Source of the DNA: Parcubacteria group bacterium
Lineage (GTDB): Bacteria > Patescibacteriota > Minisyncoccia > Moranbacterales > UBA9337
Length of the DNA stretch: 50,444 nt
Assembly: GCA_041662245.1 (NCBI GenBank)
Contig: JBAZSW010000005.1
Span: forward strand, 1-50,444
Reading direction: 5' to 3'
The notes below the pieces were generated by a model. It had not been told where the DNA came from. It did no database searches and saw nothing but the letters and a program-made list of their open reading frames with translations. Every line of letters starts with the position of its first letter. Positions within the stretch are counted from its first letter, which is position 1. Positions 1-8,310 of the stretch are shown here, in pieces. The position numbers and the translations under genes were made by a program.

Positions 1-1241
1 ATGATTTTGAAAAACTTTATGGAGATAATATAGATAATAAGGAGGAGCTGGATAAATTTTTAACGGGAGATGAAGGTAAAAGAAGCGATCCTGATTTTGA
101 CGATACTGACTCACCCAATGTTCTAAGTAATAGCTTATTGGGACAAGCTAATGACATTCATGATAATCTCTTGGATAAGTGGAGTGCTCCCATTGGCACA
201 GAAGTGATTCAGATTGCTGGTTGGGGCTTGGATACTATAGCGGGGATAAAATATGATGATTGTGATATTGTTTTTTGTCCCGATAAACTTAGTAATTTGG
301 ACAGAGAATTAATCTTTAAAAAAGATGGAGATGCTACAGTTGTTATTCCCAGTGCGATTATTATGAATGACGGAGAGATTTATTATGTAGATATGAAACT
401 CTATAATAGTTATGGTGAATTTAATAAAAACAGGGAACATGCCAATATTCTTGAAATCAATTCCCTTCAAGAATTTATCAAAAACATCTTAAATAACAAC
501 AGAGATTTGCCAAGTTATATCACTACAGTAAAACCGGAAGTTACGAATGAAGATGAAAGTCTGCGTTATCGAATGCATTCCCCAGTAGCAGTGCATCTTT
601 ATGACGAAAATAATAACCATACAGGACTCACAGATAATCTCAATCCTAATTCTGACTTAACTTACCATGAAGAAAATATCCCCAACTCCTACTACATAGA
701 ATTTGGAGAAACTAAATATCTGGGTAGTCCCAAAGATGGAAATATCAAAGTAGAATTAATTGGTGAAGACACTGGCACTTTTACCTTTGAGATAGATGCA
801 CTCAAAGGAGAGGATGTGGATAAAACTACAGTCTTTAAAGACGTACCAGTCATTAAAGATATGAAGGCAGATATAGATATATCTCAAAATATTGGTATAA
901 TGGATATAGATTGGAATAATGATGATAAAGTAGATATCACAATTAATACAGAGGAAGTAAATTCTGTACCAAAAGCTTCTTTGGAAATTCTCGAAGAAAT
1001 TATCAAGTTTTCCAAAATTAATCCAATCTTAAAAAATCTTTTTCTCAATGAGCTCAGGGTGGCTGAAAAACAAATAGCAAAAGGAAAAAATAAAATAGCA
1101 GGGCAGATACTGGAAATTTTAGAAAAACAAATTGAGACATTTAGTGATAAAAAAATGATGAAAAAGCTTAAAATCAATAAAGTTGAAGCTGAAAATCTAA
1201 TCAAAATAATCGAAACAATTCGTTTAAATTTAATTAAGTAA
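1..1241 (+). CDS. 5'-truncated secreted protein; the C-terminal part resembles a PGAP1/LCAT-type alpha/beta-hydrolase (lipase/esterase) and is followed by a helical tail
   Basis: Frame 3 is open from base 3 to TAA 1239-1241, so the track ORF 138..1241 is only the part after an internal TTG. KKDGDATVVIPSA and NREHANILE resemble the catalytic Asp (GDGTV) and His blocks of PGAP1/LCAT-like hydrolases. The last ~50 aa are reused in downstream repeats. Confidence 0.5.
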   Translation, partial: DFEKLYGDNIDNKEELDKFLTGDEGKRSDPDFDDTDSPNVLSNSLLGQANDIHDNLLDKWSAPIGTEVIQIAGWGLDTIAGIKYDDCDIVFCPDKLSNLDRELIFKKDGDATVVIPSAIIMNDGEIYYVDMKLYNSYGEFNKNREHANILEINSLQEFIKNILNNNRDLPSYITTVKPEVTNEDESLRYRMHSPVAVHLYDENNNHTGLTDNLNPNSDLTYHEENIPNSYYIEFGETKYLGSPKDGNIKVELIGEDTGTFTFEIDALKGEDVDKTTVFKDVPVIKDMKADIDISQNIGIMDIDWNNDDKVDITINTEEVNSVPKASLEILEEIIKFSKINPILKNLFLNELRVAEKQIAKGKNKIAGQILEILEKQIETFSDKKMMKKLKINKVEAENLIKIIETIRLNLIK

Positions 1242-1246
1242 AAAAT

Positions 1247-1666
1247 ATGAATTATAAAAAAAAGATTTATTGGGGGGTTGCAATTAGTGTGGGAGCATTT
1301 TTTTTAAGTATTGTCTTAGCTAAGCCGGAAATTTTTGGATTGTGTAATTATAATGACATGAAATGTATTTATAATTATATAGATATTTTTGATAGTATAG
1401 CACAATTTGTTGGATTATTTTCTATAGCATTTTTTATTATTTTTTCAATAATATTATTTTGTAAAGAGTTAGTTTTCAATTACTGGAAAAAATTTGCTAA
1501 AATATTTTTATCTGTAGCAATAATTCTAATTTTAATTACACCAACTCAATACGGAGGATTTGTTGGTATTGATAAAGAAATGGTTACTTGGGGTTTGGCT
1601 AGTTTATTTCTAATTAGTAGTCTTGGGATAATAATTTGGAAATCAATTCAGTTGAGAAAAAAATAG
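1247..1666 (+). CDS. small multi-pass membrane protein, paralog 1 of a local family (shared block VFNxWKxFA)
   Basis: ATG lies 5 nt after the upstream stop. The 139-aa product has several hydrophobic segments. KELVFNYWKKFAKIF is shared with 2065..2484 and 2518..2802, and the C-terminal LISSLGIIIWKSIQLRKK is identical to that of 2518..2802. Confidence 0.65.
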   Translation: MNYKKKIYWGVAISVGAFFLSIVLAKPEIFGLCNYNDMKCIYNYIDIFDSIAQFVGLFSIAFFIIFSIILFCKELVFNYWKKFAKIFLSVAIILILITPTQYGGFVGIDKEMVTWGLASLFLISSLGIIIWKSIQLRKK

Positions 1667-1812
1667 AACAAGTATCAATCTGGATGAGTTCGCTTTTCCT
1701 AATCATTAGCTTAGCTCTTATTATTATTTAGCAGATTAAAGAAAGAAAATCTTTGAAATAAAATAAAAACAAATTGCAAGGCTATAGCCATAGTCACTCA
1801 TTTTTTAAATTT

Positions 1813-1855
1813 AAAAGTGTCACTTTTGTCCACGTGCGACTGGATTGACACTTTT
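1813..1855. other. perfect 10-bp inverted repeat AAAAGTGTCA / TGACACTTTT around a 23-nt loop, inside the repeated spacer
   Basis: Read directly from the sequence. An identical copy lies at 2949..2991. It is followed by an unusually purine/GC-rich block (GTGGTAGTGAGGACAGGAGTGGCGTGGAGAGGAGTGAAG). Confidence 0.8.
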
Positions 1856-2053
1856 GCTGTGGTAGTGAGGACAGGAGTGGCGTGGAGAGGAGTGAAGAAG
1901 AATAAGGTGGCAGGACAAATCTTGGAAATAGTAGAAAAACAAATTGAAACATTTAGTGATAAAAAAATGTTAAATAAACTCAGAATCAATAAAATTGAAG
2001 CTGAAAACCTAATAAAAATAATCGAAACTATTCGTTTAAATTTAATTAAATAA
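1817..2053 (+). pseudogene. orphan 3' cassette: a copy of the last ~50 codons of the 1..1241 gene fused to unrelated 5' sequence
   Basis: KKNKVAGQILEIVEKQIETFSDKKMLNKLRINKIEAENLIKIIETIRLNLIK matches the tail of the upstream gene. The first ~25 codons (from GTG) have no counterpart there. It could instead be expressed as a 78-aa protein. Confidence 0.45.
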
Positions 2054-2064
2054 AAATAAAAAAT

Positions 2065-2484
2065 ATGGATTATAGAAAAAAAATATGGTTGATTTTTCTG
2101 GTAACATTATTGATAACTATAAGTGTGTATCTAAATAGATCTTTCACTTCTTTGGGTAGCTCCTTGTATTATTTTTCTTTGATATTGTCAGCTATTTTGT
2201 TTGTGATGTTATTCTTGAAAGAAGAAGTTTTTAATACATGGAAGAGATTTGCGATTATTTATGTATTTGTAGCTATGCTTATTATTAGTTTTTCACCTGG
2301 GGGTGGTGGGTTTATTCCATTCGGTTATAGAGATTTTTTTAGTTATTATTTTCCGATATCTCTATTTACAACAAGTATATTTATAACAATAAAATATATT
2401 CATAAATGGAGTCTTCCTATAATTATTTTACTTGGACATTTCGCAGGTATGATAATTTGGTATATTATTGCGGTACTCATTTGA
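2065..2484 (+). CDS. small multi-pass membrane protein, paralog 2 of the local family
   Basis: ATG lies 11 nt after the tail-cassette stop. MDYRKKIW parallels MNYKKKIY, and the KEEVFNTWKRFAIIY block is present. 139 aa, hydrophobic throughout. Confidence 0.65.
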   Translation: MDYRKKIWLIFLVTLLITISVYLNRSFTSLGSSLYYFSLILSAILFVMLFLKEEVFNTWKRFAIIYVFVAMLIISFSPGGGGFIPFGYRDFFSYYFPISLFTTSIFITIKYIHKWSLPIIILLGHFAGMIIWYIIAVLI

Positions 2485-2517
2485 GCACATTTTAAATAGC
2501 AGAGACGTAACAAGAAG

Positions 2518-2802
2518 GTGATGATTAAAAAATCAGGAAATAAATTGATAATTAGTGCCCCTTTCTTAATTTCTGTTTCTATTCTCCTTTTATTCTTTAA
2601 AGATTATGTTTTTAATATATGGAAAAAATTTGCGATTGTATTTGTGGTTATTTCGGTAGCTATTATTTCACTTGCTCCAGAAATTAGTGAAGGATTCATA
2701 GAATATAGTAAAAAATATCTCTCCTGGAGATTATCAGAATTATTTTTAATTAGTAGTCTTGGGATAATAATTTGGAAATCAATTCAGTTGAGAAAAAAAT
2801 AG
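2518..2802 (+). CDS. small membrane protein, paralog 3 (shorter; the C-terminus is identical to paralog 1)
   Basis: KDYVFNIWKKFAIVF block and the same C-terminal LISSLGIIIWKSIQLRKK. The start is GTG 2518 or ATG 2521. Confidence 0.6.
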   Translation: MMIKKSGNKLIISAPFLISVSILLLFFKDYVFNIWKKFAIVFVVISVAIISLAPEISEGFIEYSKKYLSWRLSELFLISSLGIIIWKSIQLRKK

Positions 2803-3189
2803 AACAAGTTTCCATCTGGATGAGTTCGCTTTTCCTAATTAGTAGTTTGATTCTTATTATTATTTGGCAGATTAAAGAAAGAAAATCTTTGAAATAAAAT
2901 AAAAACAAATTACAAAGCTATATCCATAGTCACTCATTTTTTAAATTTAAAAGTGTCACTTTTGTCCACGTGCGACTGGATTGACACTTTTGCTGTGGTA
3001 GTGAGGACAGGAGTGGCGTGGAGAGGAGTGAAGAAGAATAAGATGGCAGGGTAGATACTGGAAATTTTAGAAAAACAGATGGAAATGTTTAGTGATAGAA
3101 ATATGCCAAAAAAACTTAGAATAAATAAAGCAGAAGCTGAAAACCTGATAAAAATAATCGAAACTATTCGTTTAAATTTAATTAAGTAA
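2740..3189 (+). repeat. segmental repeat copy b (~450 bp), partner of 1604..2053
   Basis: Same order of parts: gene 3' end, decayed helix remnant, hairpin 2949..2991, purine-rich block, tail cassette. Confidence 0.85.
3033..3189 (+). pseudogene. degenerate third copy of the hydrolase-gene tail, with an in-frame TAG
   Basis: KNKMAG*ILEILEKQMEMFSDRNMPKKLRINKAEAENLIKIIETIRLNLIK. TAG 3052-3054 replaces the CAG of the parent copy and is in frame with TAA 3187-3189. Confidence 0.6.
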
Positions 3190-3199
3190 AAATAGAAAT

Positions 3200-3280
3200 A
3201 TGAATTATAGAAAAATAACATATATTTGTAGTTGTGAGTGGGCGTTATTTTTAGTAATTATAATGCCAAAAGACCTTTAA
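3200..3280 (+). pseudogene. truncated 5' remnant of a membrane-protein paralog (26 codons, MNYRKITYI...)
   Basis: It sits after a tail copy in the same position as 1247 and 2065, and has the same MNY(K/R)K start. It stops at TAA 3278-3280. Confidence 0.45.
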
Positions 3281-3314
3281 ATAGGGACGCGCCTTGGTGG
3301 GTGTGTCCTTATTT
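3279..3314 (+). terminator. hairpin AAATAGGGAC / GTCCTTATTT followed by a T-rich tract; probable end of the cassette region
   Basis: 10-bp stem with one G-U pair and a 16-nt loop, followed by GATTTTATTT. Confidence 0.4.
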
Positions 3315-3367
3315 GATTTTATTTGGATAAGTGCGATAATGGATAGAGCTTTAGGAGAAGTTTTTAA

Positions 3368-4510
3368 TTGTCTAAATATCAAAAAATTATGGAAGAAGCG
3401 ATAAAATTATCTAAAAAATTGGGAGGAAAAATTGAAGTTAATTCCAAACAAAAATTGACTAAAGAAAATTTAGCAGTGCTATATACCCCTGGAGTAGCTA
3501 GTGTTTCTAATGCGATTGCTCGAGATAAAAACTTATCTTTCGACTACACCATTCGTAAAAATACAGTAGCGGTTATTTCTGACGGAAGTGCTGTCTTGGG
3601 ACTGGGTAATATCGGACCAGAAGCAGCTCTGCCTGTAATGGAGGGTAAAGCACTTTTATTTAAAGAATTGGCAGGGGTAAATGCCTTTCCGATTGTGATT
3701 GATACGCAAGATTCTGACAAAATTATTGAAATTATCAAAAATATTGCTCCGACTTTTGGCGGGATAAATCTGGAGGATATTTCAGCACCGAGATGTTTTA
3801 AAATTGAAGAAAAATTAAAAAAAGAATTAAATATTCCGGTGTTTCATGATGATCAACACGGAACAGCCATTGTAGTTTTGGCAGGATTAATCAATGCACT
3901 TAAGGTGATTAATAAAAAAATGGGTAAAATTAAAATTGTAATTAGTGGAGTGGGAGCAGCAGGAGTGGCGATTGCCAAGTTGCTCATTGCCTATGGCGCT
4001 AAAAATATCATAATGGTGGACAGCCAAGGAATTATTTTTAAAGAAAGAGATGGCGGACTAAATGATTCCAAAATGGAAATTGCCAAAATTACTAATCCTC
4101 AAAATTTAATGGGGACTATCCGAGATGCTCTTTGTGGGGCAGATGTTTTCATTGGAGTTTCGGCACCCAATTTGGTAAATAATGTAGATATTTCTAAGAT
4201 GAATAAAAACGCTATAGTATTTGCCATGGCCAATCCTGTGCCGGAGATTATGCCTGAGTTAGCTAAACAGGGTGGGGCTAAAATTGTGGCTACGGGAAGC
4301 TCTCGATACCCTAATCAGCTTAATAATGTTTTGGTTTTTCCAGGAATTTTTTTGGGGGCTTTAGGCAAAAGAGTGAGATTGATAACTACCGAACATAAAC
4401 TAAAAGCAGCTCAAGTTTTGGCGGGACTAGTAAAAAAACCAACAGCTAATAAAATTATTCCCAATGCTCTAGATAAAAGAGTAGCCAAGAAAATAGCGGA
4501 AATATTTTAG
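3368..4510 (+). CDS. NAD(P)-dependent malic enzyme (short, about 380 aa)
   Basis: LYTPGVA, ISDGSAVLGLGNIGP, LPVMEGKALLFK, FGGINLEDI, PVFHDDQHGTAIV and SGVGAAG blocks. Track start is TTG 3368; ATG 3389 (MEEAIK) is an alternative. Confidence 0.9.
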   Translation: MSKYQKIMEEAIKLSKKLGGKIEVNSKQKLTKENLAVLYTPGVASVSNAIARDKNLSFDYTIRKNTVAVISDGSAVLGLGNIGPEAALPVMEGKALLFKELAGVNAFPIVIDTQDSDKIIEIIKNIAPTFGGINLEDISAPRCFKIEEKLKKELNIPVFHDDQHGTAIVVLAGLINALKVINKKMGKIKIVISGVGAAGVAIAKLLIAYGAKNIIMVDSQGIIFKERDGGLNDSKMEIAKITNPQNLMGTIRDALCGADVFIGVSAPNLVNNVDISKMNKNAIVFAMANPVPEIMPELAKQGGAKIVATGSSRYPNQLNNVLVFPGIFLGALGKRVRLITTEHKLKAAQVLAGLVKKPTANKIIPNALDKRVAKKIAEIF

Positions 4511-4515
4511 TGTTG

Positions 4516-4700
4516 CTACGAATTACGAATTAGTACGAATTTACGAATTCTGGTATTGAAAAATTCTAACAATACGATGGTGTGCTAGTTTGCGCTAACT
4601 TTAAAAATCTTAAGAACTTTAAAAACTATTGCCCATTCGTAATTTCGCCCGTCTGCAACGCTATAGCAACTGCGAGCAGGTATAAGTTCGTAATTCGTAG
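4516..4700. mobile_element. MITE-like 185-bp element with 14-bp terminal inverted repeats (CTACGAATTACGAA / TTCGTAATTCGTAG)
   Basis: Perfect inverted repeats at 4516-4529 and 4687-4700. ACGAATT words stutter at the left end. An internal 33-nt module (4648..4680) recurs inside the Elp3-like CDS. Confidence 0.6.
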
Positions 4701-4775
4701 AGGATTTGAAAAATAAAATTAAGTATGCTAAGATGATGGGTGTAAAATAATTAAATAATTAATAATAAAATCAAT

Positions 4776-5330
4776 ATGGTAGAAAATCACGTGGCTTCTC
4801 ATTTTCATAGTATTCCTCAGGATAAAGCTCCGGAAGTTTTAAATTTAATAGTGGAAATTCAAAAAGGGGACATGAATAAGTATGAGTACAACAAAGAATA
4901 TGGAGTGTTGGAATTAGACAGAGTTCTTTATGGACCGACTTTCTATCCGGTAAATTATTGTGATGTGCCCAATACTTGGAACACAGGAGATGAAGATCCG
5001 CTGGATGCTGTAGTATTTAGCTCAATGCCGATAATTCCAGGAGCTTTAGTAAAAGGAAGAGTAGTGGGAATGATGGAGATGGAGGATAATGGAGAAGTAG
5101 ATCATAAAATAATTTGTGTTAATGCCAAAGATCCTCGTTATGAGCATGTCGTTCACGTGGATGAACTTACTCCCTATGAAAGAAAAGATCTAAAGACTTT
5201 TATGGAAATTTATAAAATTCCCCAGACTGGTAAAGATAGCGTAAAAGTGGGAAGATTTTTGGGACCGGAGGAAGCTTATAAAAATATCAGGGAAGCGCAA
5301 GAAGAATATAAAAAGAAATTTTTAAGCTAA
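4776..5330 (+). CDS. ppa: inorganic pyrophosphatase (family I)
   Basis: EIQKGDMNKYEY, LDRVLY, YPVNYCDVP and GDEDPLDAVV blocks. Confidence 0.9.
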   Translation: MVENHVASHFHSIPQDKAPEVLNLIVEIQKGDMNKYEYNKEYGVLELDRVLYGPTFYPVNYCDVPNTWNTGDEDPLDAVVFSSMPIIPGALVKGRVVGMMEMEDNGEVDHKIICVNAKDPRYEHVVHVDELTPYERKDLKTFMEIYKIPQTGKDSVKVGRFLGPEEAYKNIREAQEEYKKKFLS

Positions 5331-5352
5331 TTTAAAAAAATTCTTTTGTATA

Positions 5353-5379
5353 AAAACAACTCAAGATGGGGTTGTTTTT
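5353..5379 (+). terminator. intrinsic terminator after ppa
   Basis: AAAACAACTC-aagat-GGGGTTGTTTT, a stem followed by a T-run. Confidence 0.55.
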
Positions 5380-5550
5380 AATTTGCCAAGAAAGAGGCCA
5401 TACTCTCGTTTTATTTTTAATTATCGTATATACTGGTAAATACTAGTAACTTATTTAAATTAATCTCTCTAAAACCTCTATTTGTCTAGCTTAGTAGTTA
5501 TGTGTTGTGAATTAATGCAAATGAGTTTGATAATTAATTTATTTTTAAAT

Positions 5551-6405
5551 ATGCAGAATAAAAAAGTAATTGTAGCCAAAAATGCAGGTTTTTGTTTTGG
5601 AGTAAAAAGAGCTGTTGATATGGTAGATGATTTATTGAAGGAAGGAAGAGAAATTTATGTCATCGGAGAGTTAGTACACAATAATCAAGTGATTGAAACT
5701 TTGACAAAAAAAGGACTAAAAACCGTAGAAAACTTAGATGATATTCCCAATGATGGAACCATGGTTATCAGAAGTCACGGAGCTTCAATTAAGATTATCA
5801 ACGAGGCTCGGTCAAAAGGTATCGAAATTATTGATGCCACCTGTCCATTTGTAAATAAGGCTAGAATAGTTGCAAACGATTTTTATAAAAAGGATTATAA
5901 TATTTTAATTTGTGGAGATAAGAATCATGCTGAAATAGTTGGAATTAATTCTTTGACAGAAAATTCAGCTAAAATTGTAAATGATATTAATCAAATTAAA
6001 GATATTAATTTTGAAAAAAGTATTGTAGGAGTAATGAGTCAAACTACTTACAAACTTACTTTTCTAAAGGAAGTTGTTTTGGCGCTTTTGGATCGGGGAT
6101 TAAAGAAAATAGTAATAGAAAATACTATTTGCCTCGATAGCACTACTAAGCAAACAGAAATAAAAGATTTAGCCAAAAAAGTGGATGTAATGATCGTGGT
6201 GGGGGGAAAATCATCCAGTAATACTAATAAATTAGCGGAAATTAGCTTAGCTTCTGGCGCACAGACTTATCATATTGAAATAGCCGATGAATTAAAAAAG
6301 GATTGGTTTGTGGGAGCAAATAAAATTGGGGTAGCAGCGGGGGCTTCTACAGCACAGTTTTTGATAGATGCGGTGGTTAGCGGGATTGAAAAAATGGTGG
6401 AATAA
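5551..6405 (+). CDS. ispH: 4-hydroxy-3-methylbut-2-enyl diphosphate reductase
   Basis: AGFCFGVKRAV, VHNNQV, IRSHG, DATCPFV, MSQTT, NTIC and VVGGKSSSNT blocks. ATG 5551 (MQNKKVIV) fits the family N-terminus better than the track start at TTG 5482. Confidence 0.9.
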   Translation: MQNKKVIVAKNAGFCFGVKRAVDMVDDLLKEGREIYVIGELVHNNQVIETLTKKGLKTVENLDDIPNDGTMVIRSHGASIKIINEARSKGIEIIDATCPFVNKARIVANDFYKKDYNILICGDKNHAEIVGINSLTENSAKIVNDINQIKDINFEKSIVGVMSQTTYKLTFLKEVVLALLDRGLKKIVIENTICLDSTTKQTEIKDLAKKVDVMIVVGGKSSSNTNKLAEISLASGAQTYHIEIADELKKDWFVGANKIGVAAGASTAQFLIDAVVSGIEKMVE

Positions 6406-6438
6406 GTCAGTTTTGACAAAAGATATATTAATGTTAAA

Positions 6439-6744
6439 ATGGTACATATGAAAAAGAATATTAAGAAAAATATAGAAAAAATATATAAGGCGGATGAAGT
6501 TTTGATTATGCTCGAAAGCATTGATGATAATGTCGCCGTTATAGCTGAACAACATCTCAGTATAAATAATCGCTTAGACAGTATCGATAATCGTTTGGAT
6601 AATATGCAATCAGATTTAGATATAGTAAAGAGTGATGTTTCAGATATTAAGTATGATTTAAGACAAAAAGTTAGCTATGATGAATTTGAAAAGATGGAAA
6701 AAAGAGTGCTTAAATTAGAGAAGCTTGTTTCTGCAAAATTTTAA
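6439..6744 (+). CDS. small coiled-coil protein, function unknown
   Basis: 101 aa with heptad-like NRLDSIDNRLDNMQSDLDIVKSDVSDIK. A terminator follows. Confidence 0.6.
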   Translation: MVHMKKNIKKNIEKIYKADEVLIMLESIDDNVAVIAEQHLSINNRLDSIDNRLDNMQSDLDIVKSDVSDIKYDLRQKVSYDEFEKMEKRVLKLEKLVSAKF

Positions 6745-6773
6745 TAAAAATTATACATATAATCAATAAAAAC

Positions 6774-6801
6774 AATGGGCAAAATTTTCTGCTCATTTTT
6801 T
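6774..6801 (+). terminator. intrinsic terminator
   Basis: AATGGGCA-aaattttc-TGCTCATT followed by TTTT. Confidence 0.5.
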
Positions 6802-6811
6802 ATTTTTTTGT

Positions 6812-6841
6812 TTGCATGAAAATGAATGAATGTGGTATAAT
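6812..6841 (+). promoter_or_regulatory. sigma70-like promoter: TTGCAT, 18-nt spacer, TGgTATAAT (extended -10)
   Basis: Read directly from the sequence, about 80 nt upstream of the 6923 start. Confidence 0.5.
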
Positions 6842-6922
6842 AAATTAATTTAAAAAAGGAGGACTAAAATAAGTTTACAAAACATATCTTGATAATTTTC
6901 AGTTACAGAAAAATTATACAAT

Positions 6923-7534
6923 ATGGATATAAAAACAAAAATATTTTGGTTGGTAATCGGACTTTTATTAGTATCCTCTTTTGCTTTGACTTTTTATCGT
7001 TATATAATCAAAAAAGATTATATGATTCAGGCACAGATGGATTGCGATCCTTATACGGAAACTTGTTTTGTCTGGAAATGTGACCCTGCTAGTGATGTAG
7101 ATGGAGAAAAATGTACCGGTGACGCGGAGAATGATATTTGGTATTACAAACTTATAAAAAGAAATGCTAGCCTAATTCCCGATTGCGATCCTACGGATGA
7201 AAATTGTGAAGCATTGGCTTGTGAAAATAATGAGCCTGAATGTCACTTTATATTATGTGATGAAACCAATAAGGAGGAGCTGGGTTCAGAAGAGTGTACT
7301 GATCCGATTAAATATTCGTTAGAAAATCCAATGGAAGAAGATGCTGTCTGTGAGGAGGGTGATGCGGAATGTTTCAATAATGCCCAAGATAATGCTGAGG
7401 GCAATGATGCCAGTAGTGATGAAGCGGAGGGCGAAGAAGAATCAATGACTCAAACTACTCAAGACGTTATTTCATCTCAGGTAGTGCCAGAAGATGAAGC
7501 TAACGATAAGGGTGATTTGCCAGTAGTTAAATAA
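6923..7534 (+). CDS. membrane-anchored, cysteine-rich, highly acidic exported protein
   Basis: N-terminal TM segment (IFWLVIGLLLVSSFALTFY), then many Cys in C-x-spaced pairs and an acidic D/E-rich tail. Confidence 0.65.
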   Translation: MDIKTKIFWLVIGLLLVSSFALTFYRYIIKKDYMIQAQMDCDPYTETCFVWKCDPASDVDGEKCTGDAENDIWYYKLIKRNASLIPDCDPTDENCEALACENNEPECHFILCDETNKEELGSEECTDPIKYSLENPMEEDAVCEEGDAECFNNAQDNAEGNDASSDEAEGEEESMTQTTQDVISSQVVPEDEANDKGDLPVVK

Positions 7535-7629
7535 TTTTTTGAAATTCGGGCTATTGACAAAAGAGTTTTTTGGTGATATAATTTCAAGTTGAGCTTCAAC
7601 GCCTAATTTGGTAATTATGGAAAAATTCA

Positions 7630-8274
7630 ATGGAAATTGTGAACAGTTTAGATGATTATGGAACCAAAAAAATAATAGCAATAGTAATATTAGTATTGAT
7701 TGGTGCTCTCATTTTTGAAAAACAAAGAAACATTATTCTTGGAGCTGGTTTCTATAGAGGATTAAGTTGGGTGTTTGATAACCCAATTTGGATTGCAGTC
7801 GAATTATTGTGGGGATTTCGTGGTGTTATAGGAATGGCTATTGTGGCAGTTTTGATAAACATAGGACTGTTTATATATTTTAGAAATAAAGATGCGAAAT
7901 TTGTTGTTTGGAATTCACTGAAAGGTTTTTCAGAAAAAGAATTGGAATATAAAAATAAATTTAAAGACTGGAAAAATAATAAAACTCCTTTAAAATTTAT
8001 ATTAGTCATAGGCACTTATATTCCGATGAAAGCATTTTTTCTGCTTCTGAAGGTTATAAAGATTCCTTTTTGGGGTAATTTTTTTGCGCTTATTATGCTT
8101 TCTATCTTCGAAGATCCTTTTGTTGCGACTACTTATATCAAAGATGGCAATAAAAAACATTTAGATTTTAAAATTTGCGGTGTTTTGTTTTTAAGTATCC
8201 TAATTAGTATTGGTTATTGGTTAATTAGAAATGGTTTAATTACAGAATTTATAATAAGGCCCGTAATATTTTAA
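7630..8274 (+). CDS. multi-pass membrane protein, function unknown
   Basis: 214 aa with several hydrophobic segments. Confidence 0.6.
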   Translation: MEIVNSLDDYGTKKIIAIVILVLIGALIFEKQRNIILGAGFYRGLSWVFDNPIWIAVELLWGFRGVIGMAIVAVLINIGLFIYFRNKDAKFVVWNSLKGFSEKELEYKNKFKDWKNNKTPLKFILVIGTYIPMKAFFLLLKVIKIPFWGNFFALIMLSIFEDPFVATTYIKDGNKKHLDFKICGVLFLSILISIGYWLIRNGLITEFIIRPVIF

Positions 8275-8310
8275 TAAAGAAAGTTTTACCGCACCTCCTT
8301 TTTTGTTGAA

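Larger units (their letters stand above)
1604..2053 (+). repeat. segmental repeat copy a (~450 bp): 3' end of a membrane-protein gene, spacer, and orphan tail cassette
   Basis: Aligns with 2740..3189 at a constant offset of 1136 nt. It is near-identical through the spacer and more diverged in the tail cassette. Confidence 0.85.

Noticed and set aside
6889-7083. ORF 6889..7083 overlapping the start of the Cys-rich protein gene.
   Set aside because: It is an alternative frame of the same region. The 6923 frame has a clean TM segment and a long ORF.
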